64,000 bases of DNA from assembly GCA_018816525.1 (NCBI GenBank), contig JAHIVV010000070.1:16208-80207 (forward strand), read 5' to 3'. The notes under the pieces are model-generated. The model searched no databases. It was not told the DNA's origin and worked only from the letters and a program-made list of their open reading frames with translations. The stretch's first letter is position 1, and the number at the start of each line of letters is the position of its first letter. This document shows, piece after piece, positions 47,941 to 56,300 of this stretch. The position numbers were made by a program, and so were the translations under genes. This DNA is from Elusimicrobiota bacterium. GTDB taxonomy: Bacteria; Elusimicrobiota; Endomicrobiia; CG1-02-37-114; XYA2-FULL-39-19.

Positions 47941-48666
47941 TTAGATTGGTTTAGGTATGTAGAGAATTCTGGAGCAATTGTCGCAAATAATCAATGCCTG
48001 ATTTTTTGCAACTTCGTTGATAATCTGAGCCGTCAGTTTTATATGGCAGCTGCCGCAATTTTCATTCTCGATAGAAGTAATTGCCAGCCCGTCTTTTCCC
48101 TTGCTGCGGATATGCTCATACTTTTTAAGGTTAGACGGTGAAACAGTATCCGCTATGGTTTTTCTTTCCTGTTCCAAACCTGTAAATTTATTTTCAAATT
48201 CCTTCTTTTTTTCTTCCAATATTTTAATTTTATCGTTTACTATGCCTTCTTCAATTTTTATTTTATTTTCTTCGTCTTTTACATTTTTATTAAAAGTATC
48301 TATTTCATCCATGGCTTTAAGGATTTCTTCTTCTATCTGGCCTTTTTCCTGCTCGATTTTTGAAATCTGTGATTGCAGGGCCTTGTATTGCTCATTGGTT
48401 TTTACTACATTAAGGTCTGTCTTCTGCTTTTTTATTGCTTCATCTTTGGAGGCAATATCCAGCTCAAGAACTTTATACTTGGCCTGCATTTCTTTGATGT
48501 TTTTCTTTTTTTCTTCAAATCTCTGCTTTATGGCACCAATTTCTTCTTTTTGTTTCTCTATTTCCGCAGGAATAAAAATACATTCTTCCTGGTATCTATC
48601 TAATTCGAGGTCAATTTCCTGAAGCTTAATTAGTAATTCCAGATCCTGATTTAGTTTTTCGTTCAC
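47941..48666 (-). CDS. COG1579-type coiled-coil protein with a C-terminal C4 zinc ribbon
   Basis: 241 aa. Long heptad-rich region, then CGSCHIKL…CDNCSRIL. GTG start with GGGGA RBS. Confidence 0.75.
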   Translation of the reverse strand: MNEKLNQDLELLIKLQEIDLELDRYQEECIFIPAEIEKQKEEIGAIKQRFEEKKKNIKEMQAKYKVLELDIASKDEAIKKQKTDLNVVKTNEQYKALQSQISKIEQEKGQIEEEILKAMDEIDTFNKNVKDEENKIKIEEGIVNDKIKILEEKKKEFENKFTGLEQERKTIADTVSPSNLKKYEHIRSKGKDGLAITSIENENCGSCHIKLTAQIINEVAKNQALIICDNCSRILYIPKPI

Positions 48667-48687
48667 TTTTTCCCCGATAATTTTAAT

Positions 48688-48761
48688 TGGACGACACAGG
48701 ACTTGAACCTGTGGCCTTACGGATGTGAACCGTACGCTCTAACCAATTGAGCTAGTCGTCC
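48688..48761 (-). tRNA. tRNA-Val (anticodon CAC)
   Basis: Minus-strand read GGACGACTAGCTCAATTGGTTAGAGCGTACGGTTCACATCCGTAAGGCCACAGGTTCAAGTCCTGTGTCGTCCA folds as a cloverleaf with a 7/4/5/5-bp arm pattern and a GTTCAAGT T-loop. CCA is not encoded. Confidence 0.9.
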
Positions 48762-48766
48762 GTAAC

Positions 48767-48839
48767 TGGGCTCCGAGGGATTTGAACCCCCGACCAATTG
48801 GTTATGAGCCAACCGCTCTGACCGCTGAGCTAGGAGCCC
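48767..48839 (-). tRNA. tRNA-Met (anticodon CAT; elongator-type, could also be tRNA-Ile2 precursor)
   Basis: GGGCTCCTAGCTCAGCGGTCAGAGCGGTTGGCTCATAACCAATTGGTCGGGGGTTCAAATCCCTCGGAGCCCA. G1-C72 is paired and there are only two G-C pairs next to the anticodon loop, so it is not the initiator. Confidence 0.88.
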
Positions 48840-48852
48840 AAAATCGAGTTTA

Positions 48853-48881
48853 ATTATATTCAAAAAAAACCCTGTTGTCAA
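48853..48881 (-). promoter_or_regulatory. Consensus sigma70 promoter TTGACA-N17-TATAAT for the tRNA-Met/tRNA-Val pair
   Basis: Minus strand: TTGACA (48881..48876), 17-nt spacer, TATAAT (48858..48853). The tRNA-Met 5' end lies ~13 nt downstream of the -10. Confidence 0.55.
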
Positions 48882-48884
48882 ATA

Positions 48885-49484
48885 TTATTCCCAACCCTGG
48901 CTGGACTCATCTTTTAAGGCAGTATACCGCTGTAAAAGAACATTTTCAATTTTTTCTTTAAATTCCTTCTTAAACAATACTATTTTTACCCAATTCTTCC
49001 CTTCTTTTCTTTCAGGCCAGCCTACCCAAGGGCCTGATTTGCCTTCAAATATCTTGCATTCTATTGATATTGCCTGACCAAAAGCAACTTCCGCAAATAC
49101 TTTAAGTTTTGATTTAGAATTATTATACTTATAAAATTTTGAGATTTCAAAACCCATTTCCTGATTTGAATTTTTAGCGGCTTTCTCCGCCGGTTTATTT
49201 ATTGCTTCAATAATTTGGCTATAAAGAGTCTTGCTTAATATTTTCACTTGTTCATAAACCCTGCCGGTTTTCGTTGAGTAACTTGGGAATTCCAATAATG
49301 TTTTACCTTCATTTTTTTTAATGTTGATTCCCTTGATTTTTATTAAGTCATTCAAGTCTATTTCAGCCTGGGTAGTGCCATTTGTATTACTAATTTTGAT
49401 GTTTGTAATAAGAATATCTTGCCCGTAAATCAGGCAACTGCTGAAAATAAAAATAATTAAAAAAATGATTATGTGTTTTTTCAT
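48885..49484 (-). CDS. Exported (signal peptide / possible lipoprotein) protein with two tandem SpoVG-like domains
   Basis: 199 aa. MKKHIIIFLIIFIFSSC signal/lipobox-like N-terminus. Two repeats with the SpoVG pattern (NTNG..AEI.LND.IKIKGINIKKNEGKTLLEFPSYSTKTGRVYEQVKILSKTLYSQIIEAI, and FAEVAFGQAISIECKIFEGKSGPWVGWPERK…). Confidence 0.55.
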   Translation of the reverse strand: MKKHIIIFLIIFIFSSCLIYGQDILITNIKISNTNGTTQAEIDLNDLIKIKGINIKKNEGKTLLEFPSYSTKTGRVYEQVKILSKTLYSQIIEAINKPAEKAAKNSNQEMGFEISKFYKYNNSKSKLKVFAEVAFGQAISIECKIFEGKSGPWVGWPERKEGKNWVKIVLFKKEFKEKIENVLLQRYTALKDESSQGWE

Positions 49485-49542
49485 GATTATTTAAAAAATG
49501 ACCCCCATTTGGTAGGAGGTCATCTCTGGGCACAGTGCTAAG

Positions 49543-49566
49543 TCCCATTATTACGTAATAATGGGA
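49543..49566. repeat. Perfect 24-nt palindrome TCCCATTATTACGTAATAATGGGA
   Basis: Read directly; 12+12 inverted repeat. It lies ~60-80 nt upstream of the SpoVG-like gene start and ~20 nt downstream of the PorV-like OMP stop. A second hairpin (ATGACC…GGTCAT) lies at 49494..49523. Confidence 0.9.
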
Positions 49567-49586
49567 TAATATATAAATTGGGTGTA

Positions 49587-50525
49587 TTAGAAACTATATT
49601 TTAATCCTACTCTCATTGTGTCGCCAAGGTCTCCATAAGGAGCCCAGGTAGCATCAAAACCGAAGGAATCCTTAAGAGTAAACCCGACACCGGCAGAAAT
49701 ACCTGCGGTGCCGCCAGCATCTGCTAAACCTGAATTATACCCAATTCTTACAGGAAGTTTGGTTTTATCCCCAAGTGCAAGGGCATATTCTACTCCAAGA
49801 TTTGCAGTGGAAACGCTGTCGCTGATTCCATAATTAACGTCGAATGCAGCCATAAGTTTCTCAGTTGCCTGGAGTTTTGAACCAATTTTCAAATTCATAG
49901 GAAGCGGGTCTGCAACATCAATAAACTTTATCGTGCCGCCAGCATTCTGCAAAGCCAAACCTAAATCCAGCTTTGGTGAAACTTTGCACAAACAGCCTAG
50001 GTCTGCCGCAAAACTTGAAGCGCTTTTGTCATCAATGGACATATTTATAATCTTCAAATTTAAACCTAATCCTAAACTGTCCGAAAGAACTTTCGAATAA
50101 GCAAGTGTTATGGCTGTATCGCTTTCACCGAATTTCGTTGCGGTTTCAGCAGTAGAGCCGCCGACATAAGCTCCGATATTATCAGTTTTGGGAATGCCTG
50201 TGACTGAAAGCATATTAATCCCAAGCCCGAACGTACCCATCTTTGTAGGCATGCCAAACGCCAAATAATTGTATTTTATATCCTGAAACCAAACCGTATA
50301 GGTCGCAGCCGCTTCAGATTTAGGCAGATAAGCCAAACCTGCTGGATTTGCGCCGATACTGTTGACATCATCAGAAACTGCGCCAAAAGCTCCGCCAAGA
50401 GCAGCCGGCCTGGCTCCGCCGATAATCTTTAAAAACTGGCCTCCTGCAGTACCTTTCCCGCCTGCGAAAGAAATACTTACAACAAAACACACTGCTAAAA
50501 ATCCTAAACTCAGTTTTTTAAACAT
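49587..50525 (-). CDS. Outer-membrane beta-barrel protein, PorV/PorQ-like (FadL/TraF_2-type) family
   Basis: Start at ATG 50525 (MFKKLSLGFLAVCFVVSISFA signal peptide; GGGGGTG RBS). N-terminal hallmark GGARPAALGGAFGAVSDDVNSIGANPAGLA. Alternating beta-strand pattern and a C-terminal …LKYSF. Confidence 0.55.
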   Translation of the reverse strand: MFKKLSLGFLAVCFVVSISFAGGKGTAGGQFLKIIGGARPAALGGAFGAVSDDVNSIGANPAGLAYLPKSEAAATYTVWFQDIKYNYLAFGMPTKMGTFGLGINMLSVTGIPKTDNIGAYVGGSTAETATKFGESDTAITLAYSKVLSDSLGLGLNLKIINMSIDDKSASSFAADLGCLCKVSPKLDLGLALQNAGGTIKFIDVADPLPMNLKIGSKLQATEKLMAAFDVNYGISDSVSTANLGVEYALALGDKTKLPVRIGYNSGLADAGGTAGISAGVGFTLKDSFGFDATWAPYGDLGDTMRVGLKYSF

Positions 50526-50562
50526 CTCTAACACCCCCTATCCAAATTTATAGGTTCTTCTA

Positions 50563-51783
50563 TCAATATTCGTACGTTACCCCTACAAAATAATTACTCG
50601 TGGTGTAATTATATCTGTAAACCTGTTCGTATTTCATATTTGAAACAGAATTAAATTGCGATACCAACATTTTAAGACTCATTTTCTCAAATAATGGATA
50701 AGTCAAACCGAGAGAAAGATAATTTGTGTCAGTTTTTGTCTTATCCGCCAAATTGGTGCCTGCTGAATCCTGCGCTAACCGCTCTGTGTATTTTCTTGAA
50801 CCCATTTGATAGGACAAGTCAACTTTAAGAGGAATTGTATTAAAAGAACAACTAACAACTGGCGCTATCTGAGTTTCTGAATAATCATAATATTTTGGCG
50901 TATAAGGGTTATCCTGTGAAGTGGCTTTTACGTTGTAATGATTTTGAGTGGAATTGTAATTAATCATAGACACATTTAACCCGCCTAATAACGTTACCGG
51001 TCCAGCAGGAATCAACGCAATCGAAGGGAATACGCTAACCGCAATGCTATTATCAGCTCTATTTTCTGGTTTATAAACATTAACTATTTCCGTGATGACT
51101 TTTTGATCAGCAAAACTTTTTAAATTGTAACCGAACGACCAATCAATAACAAAACTATCCAAAGGATAAATCTTACCGTAAGCTGAAATTTCACTCGCTG
51201 AAAAATCCAAAATCTTTTTCCCTACAGAACTACTGGAGAGTTCTGATCCGTATTTTTCTTTGGTTTCTGTTTCAGCTAAAGTGTTGTAATTAGGAAAAAC
51301 AATTGTATAGCAACTGTATCCAGCTGTAATGTTCTTATGCGAAATATCCGCGCCTGCCGTTACTTTATTATAATCAAACAAACCCTTCCCCCAAGTCTCG
51401 TCAGTTGTTTCCTGAAATAGTTGGTTCATATAACCGACTTTTGCCCTTAATTTTACATTTTTAGATAAATTGATAATCGGTTTTAGCGCTATATTGTAAT
51501 CAGCTGATTGCTGGACTAAAGTACCACCACCTACTAATTCCGTTACATCTTTTACGCCATTATATCCAAGATAAAAAGCAGGCAAAAGAGAAAACTTATC
51601 ACTAAATTTGATAGCAGGAACAAAATCAATATTCAAGTTCCCATTATACGAACCTGATTCTTTTTCAAAAGCATACTGCCCTAAAAGAGCTTTTACATTG
51701 AAAACAGTGGTAATATCTGAAGCAGATAACGGCAAAACAAAACAAATCACGGCAACAACAAAAAAAACAATTCTTTTCAGCAT
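50563..51783 (-). CDS. Outer-membrane beta-barrel protein, unknown family
   Basis: 406 aa. Signal peptide (…VLPLSASDI). Amphipathic beta-strand periodicity, Tyr/Asn/Ser-rich, C-terminal aromatic …FVGVTYEY typical of OMPs. Confidence 0.45.
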   Translation of the reverse strand: MLKRIVFFVVAVICFVLPLSASDITTVFNVKALLGQYAFEKESGSYNGNLNIDFVPAIKFSDKFSLLPAFYLGYNGVKDVTELVGGGTLVQQSADYNIALKPIINLSKNVKLRAKVGYMNQLFQETTDETWGKGLFDYNKVTAGADISHKNITAGYSCYTIVFPNYNTLAETETKEKYGSELSSSSVGKKILDFSASEISAYGKIYPLDSFVIDWSFGYNLKSFADQKVITEIVNVYKPENRADNSIAVSVFPSIALIPAGPVTLLGGLNVSMINYNSTQNHYNVKATSQDNPYTPKYYDYSETQIAPVVSCSFNTIPLKVDLSYQMGSRKYTERLAQDSAGTNLADKTKTDTNYLSLGLTYPLFEKMSLKMLVSQFNSVSNMKYEQVYRYNYTTSNYFVGVTYEY

Positions 51784-51875
51784 TATAAATTCCCCTTTAT
51801 AAAAACATTAGCCAATCTTAAATTTACCAGTTCAGTCCGTACTGGTAATCGCCTAAATTATTATACAAAGTTTTT

Positions 51876-53300
51876 TTACTTTATTCCAGCACTTGTAAAT
51901 AGCTTAGGAGCAACACATAAATCTATCTTTTTATCTTTTCCGGTAAAATTATCATACTTAAAAACAGCTTCCATGTTATATTTCATAGGGTCTTTTAAGT
52001 AGGTTTCCGAATCCGGTACTTTGCCATAATCATCCAAAGAGTAATAATCCTCTGAATATGATATCCCGGAAAAAGTAGTATCTTGTTTTGAATGCATTTT
52101 GTCACCGTCAGGAAAGGTGGTTGTTATCATGCCGCTTCCAAAACCAGGAACAACATCCTCTATTTTATCCGGGTAAACAGTTCTCACTGGTGCCAGAGGA
52201 GCTCCATTATACATTGTTGAATCTTTAATCTTGAAGTAAAAATTAGTGTATTGAAGCTGCCAAGGATCATCCACCCCAGCTACAATAGAACCACCTGCAT
52301 TGCCATATTTGATGTTATCCACTGTATTGCTTGCACCCATATCATTTGCAACTGTATAATAACTTGGCAGTGTAGCGCCTTTTGTCCAATCCATCCATTT
52401 TGTTGCAAGTTTCATATCTGCAGGCACTACATCATTGAATGTTGCAACTCTTTGATACCAGTCAAACCTGTCCTTTCTGCTATTGACAACCACAAGCTTT
52501 ACTTGATTTGGTTGCAGGCCTACTTCATCGCCACGAACCAAGTATTCTTCTATTCTTACTCTTTTACCAAAAACATCAATAACAGTTTTACCTTCTTGAT
52601 ATTGTGCAAGCTTCATTTCCTGAGCTGCCATCTGTTGAACAGCTTCTTGGGACAAGTCCATATTGATTTCTGCTTTAACAGCAAGTTTCATCTCTTCCTT
52701 GCGGGAATTTGATTCATCTTTATTGTCATCACCGCTGAAAGAAGTCGGCGCATTAGGCGGCAAGTCTTTTACAAAGCTCATTTTCTGGCTGGCTCCCACA
52801 TGGAATTCCCCGCCAGTACCGTCCAATTTAGCTGCGGCTACAAGGCCTTCAAAAACCTTCAATTCCGTTTCATTGTTATCATTTACATCAAGTGTAAAAT
52901 CAGTGCCCCGGATAGAGCAGACAGCCGTAGGAGTTTTGCACTCAAAAGTCCTTCCTTGAAGGAGTTTTGCTATTTTGAACCTGATTTTGCCTGATTTTTG
53001 TTCTAAGACTTTTTGGCCGTCGGTCAAGGTTTTTAATAACAATTCTGATTTGGGGTTTACTGATATCCTGCTGCCATCATAAAGAATGATAGTCGCTTTA
53101 CTCCTTGAATCAGTTTTTATTGTTGCATTTTCATCTAAAAGCATGCCTGGATAACACTTTATCCAGCCGGATGATTTATTAATTTTAACCGTTACTTTGC
53201 CGCGCGATTCACTGACAACAACTTTTGCTATTTTGGCTGAGAATACATAGCTTGCGCACATTGATAAACAGACTGCAATAACCATTAGTTTGTTTTTCAT
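51876..53300 (-). CDS. Secreted FecR-domain protein (non-anti-sigma architecture)
   Basis: 474 aa. Cleavable signal peptide and no internal TM. Residues ~30-150 match the FecR domain (…VSESRGKVTVKINKSSGWIKCYPGMLLDENATIKTDSRSKATIILYDGSRISVNPKSELL…). No recognisable domain in the C-terminal 300 aa. AGAGAGGG RBS. Confidence 0.6.
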   Translation of the reverse strand: MKNKLMVIAVCLSMCASYVFSAKIAKVVVSESRGKVTVKINKSSGWIKCYPGMLLDENATIKTDSRSKATIILYDGSRISVNPKSELLLKTLTDGQKVLEQKSGKIRFKIAKLLQGRTFECKTPTAVCSIRGTDFTLDVNDNNETELKVFEGLVAAAKLDGTGGEFHVGASQKMSFVKDLPPNAPTSFSGDDNKDESNSRKEEMKLAVKAEINMDLSQEAVQQMAAQEMKLAQYQEGKTVIDVFGKRVRIEEYLVRGDEVGLQPNQVKLVVVNSRKDRFDWYQRVATFNDVVPADMKLATKWMDWTKGATLPSYYTVANDMGASNTVDNIKYGNAGGSIVAGVDDPWQLQYTNFYFKIKDSTMYNGAPLAPVRTVYPDKIEDVVPGFGSGMITTTFPDGDKMHSKQDTTFSGISYSEDYYSLDDYGKVPDSETYLKDPMKYNMEAVFKYDNFTGKDKKIDLCVAPKLFTSAGIK

Positions 53301-53342
53301 AATACCCTCTCTTTGCGTACCCTGACAATGCAGGGTTTTTCC

Positions 53343-56300
53343 TTATCTAATTATCGCTAACTTACCTATTTTTTTATCAGTACTGTCTTTTGGATTGGTA
53401 AGCAGGTAAACGTATACGCCGCTGGCTACCTTTTCACCGCTCTTGTTCTTTGTATCCCAGATGAGTGTATCGACGGCAGCGTCATTTGCCTTTACATTAT
53501 CAAATACCAATTCGCCGGCAATATTGAATATTTTAAGCCTTGCTTCAGCAGTAAGTTTTTTGAAAGTAATAGCTACGGCCTGATAGATTGCATCTGCAGT
53601 TAAACTCCCGCCCTTCAAAGGATTTGGGTACACATAAGCATCTTTCATGGTTAGGGCTGCTGCGTCTGCACTTCCACCGCCATTACCACCGCCTGCAACA
53701 TAGAATACTGCAAACTTGGACATATGTTTTACACCCAAGCTTAATGTAAACTTGGACCAGTCAATTGTAGGAGTCCCTGTTGCAGCATCCCATTTTTTAG
53801 TTGTTTCATTGTAATTATACAACTTAAGGTCTGCCTCATTATAGTCTAGAGCCGAAGTTGAAATCTGGATTTTGACAGATATCGGAGTATTTTGTGAAAT
53901 TGTTGCCAAAGGCCCGGACACTAAACGAACCTGCATTTCATAAATGTCGCTTAGCTGAACACCTGGTTTATCCGCACTGAAACATGTGATTGGAGAAGAG
54001 AAAGATTTTCTGGAATATTTGCCGAGTTTGGTTGCACCAACTGTTTCATTATTGTATTTGGCACAGAAAGCTTTTGTGCCGCTTGTTAACGCAACTTCAT
54101 CATCAATTGAACCCGCAGGGACATCTATACCGGATTCATCACCCGAACCAAGAGTAAGGTTTCCTCCTACCATCGGGTTGATAATCTTTTCGCTTCTACC
54201 GTCTTCACCAAGATAAAATTTATATTCCGCTTCGCCGGTCAAACCCTTAGAGCTTGTACCTGTGAATTTAAGCTGAAAGTAACCATTAGTAATTTCCTGA
54301 CCGTTTGGAATGTAAACAAAAAGGAATTCTTTTCTGTTGTCAGCAAATTTTTCTTCTGCGGTCGAAAGCGGCCTTAAAACACCTGAAGTGGTCATTGTTG
54401 TAACTACTTCAGTGATGCTCTCTTCCTTTAAAGGCTCAGTGGCATAACCGTAGATATAGTAAAGATCAATTTCATTGGGAAGATTGGCAATATCTATCAA
54501 GTCTTCGCTAGAACCCAATGGAATATTTATTCTTGTAAAACCAATATCCTTGAATGCTTTGATAGGCAGAGTTAATTTAAATGACTTCGTTTCAAAGTTC
54601 GGAGCATACTGCGTGTAAATAACATTTTTTGTTTCTGAAGAAACAGCCACGGTAACGATACCCGGATCAACAAAAACTTTATTAAACTCCGGTTGTACAA
54701 GCACAATATAATACTGCACGCCCGGTTCTACACCGTAAATATCATATCTGTCAACTTCTAAGGTTACAGGGTTGATTGTTAGCGCGCCGAATACTATTTT
54801 TGAAAAATCTTTTGTAGCAGCGACTACGATAGAAGCATCAGATTGCGATATTTTAGTCCCTACCTGGGTCCTGATGGTCCCGCCGACTGATAACCCGGCT
54901 GTAAGAGCGAGATTACCGACATCCAATGTTTTATTAGCTTCTACAGTAATGTCCTGCCTGTAGGTTGCAAATCCTTTTGCAAATACTTTTATTGAATATT
55001 TGCCTGCTACAAGCCCTTTTATTTCAAAGGAACCGTCAACATTTGTTATTATCTTCATGCCTGACATCGGGTCGCCGCTGGAAAGGTCTGACTGCGACTG
55101 CAGTAACACCAGCGCCGCAGGATAATCTTCAAACTGCAATCCTTCAATCTGGAACGGCATAATAAGCTTTTCACCACCGGGAGTAACTACTGTACCCTGA
55201 ACTTTTGCATTTGTTTCTTCCAGGAAAACTGAGGCAATACCGCTTTTAATTACCGAAGCAGCTGTTGTTATATCCTTTACAACCAATATTTTTACACCGT
55301 ATTTTTTCTGAACATCGGTGAACTTTGTAGGATCATCCGGGCGCACATTTACTTTAACTTCCCAGCTTTTAATCGATGCATTTAACCCTCTGAGTGAAAA
55401 AATACCCTTATCGTCTGAAGTTGCATTTATTTTATTGCCTTGTTTGTCTTGCACACTTGAAGGATAGGCCCTGACTTGAACTCCTGATAGGGCAACATTT
55501 CCTTTGCCAAATACTTTTCCTAAAATTGAAGTTCCATTTTTAAGTTTTATTGTTCCAACGTCAACATCAGACTGGCTCTCGGGAACCGTAATACCAGCTT
55601 TTGAGGTAACCATATAGTTTACTTTTGCGCCAATTTCAGGGGTAATCTTTAACATGTAAGTACCGCCGGGAAGGTTAGGCAGAGTAAACTGGCCCAAACT
55701 GGAAGTTTCTGAAGAAATCGTAACTCCTGGCTGATTTGTAGCTCTGTAAGAACCATCAACAAAAGGATAAGCCCAGCATTCCACAAGCACATTCTGGCTT
55801 ACGGCTTTACCGGTCTCATCAAAAAGAGAACCGATAATTGAAGCGCCTTTTTTCAATTCAATCTGGGGTAAGGCTAACGCTGAAGCAGAAACTTCGATGC
55901 TATTACTGTAAACTTTATAATTTTGCGCCTGAACAACGATTATAAATTTCCCAGGAGATACTTTTTCAAAACCAAAGGATTTTGAAGTAAGATTTACACT
56001 ATTTGCGGATGAGAAATCAACAGAAGTTGTTGCAATAGTTTCACCGGTAGAAGGTTTTCTGAGTGAAACTGATATAGTTTCTGAAACACCAGCTTGAGGC
56101 CTTTTGATTGAACCGGTTAAACTTACACCGGCAGACATGGTGAAAACAACTTCTTTCGTTTCATTTGCTCCCAAGAGCTGGAAAGTCTCCGAAGGAATAC
56201 AGGCATAAGGGTAGTTTACTGCCTTCTCATTGCCGCTAGAATAGAGATCCCTGTTAACTAAAGGATAAGCGTAGTAAACACCTTGTTCAAGGCCGTTTGC

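Noticed and set aside
47594-48141. Three ORF-track proteins (47594..47794 -, 47694..47954 +, 47812..48141 +)
   Set aside because: They overlap the RNase P RNA gene (both P4 strands and the P1 helix are present). They have low-complexity, non-protein-like translations and no RBS.
48101-48622. 173-aa plus-strand ORF (F/S-rich)
   Set aside because: It is antisense to the coiled-coil region of the COG1579 gene. Its low-complexity translation mirrors the K/E repeats.
48767-48839. tRNA-Met(CAT) as the initiator tRNA-fMet
   Set aside because: Position 1-72 is a paired G-C rather than the C-A mismatch. There are only two G-C pairs adjacent to the anticodon loop instead of three.
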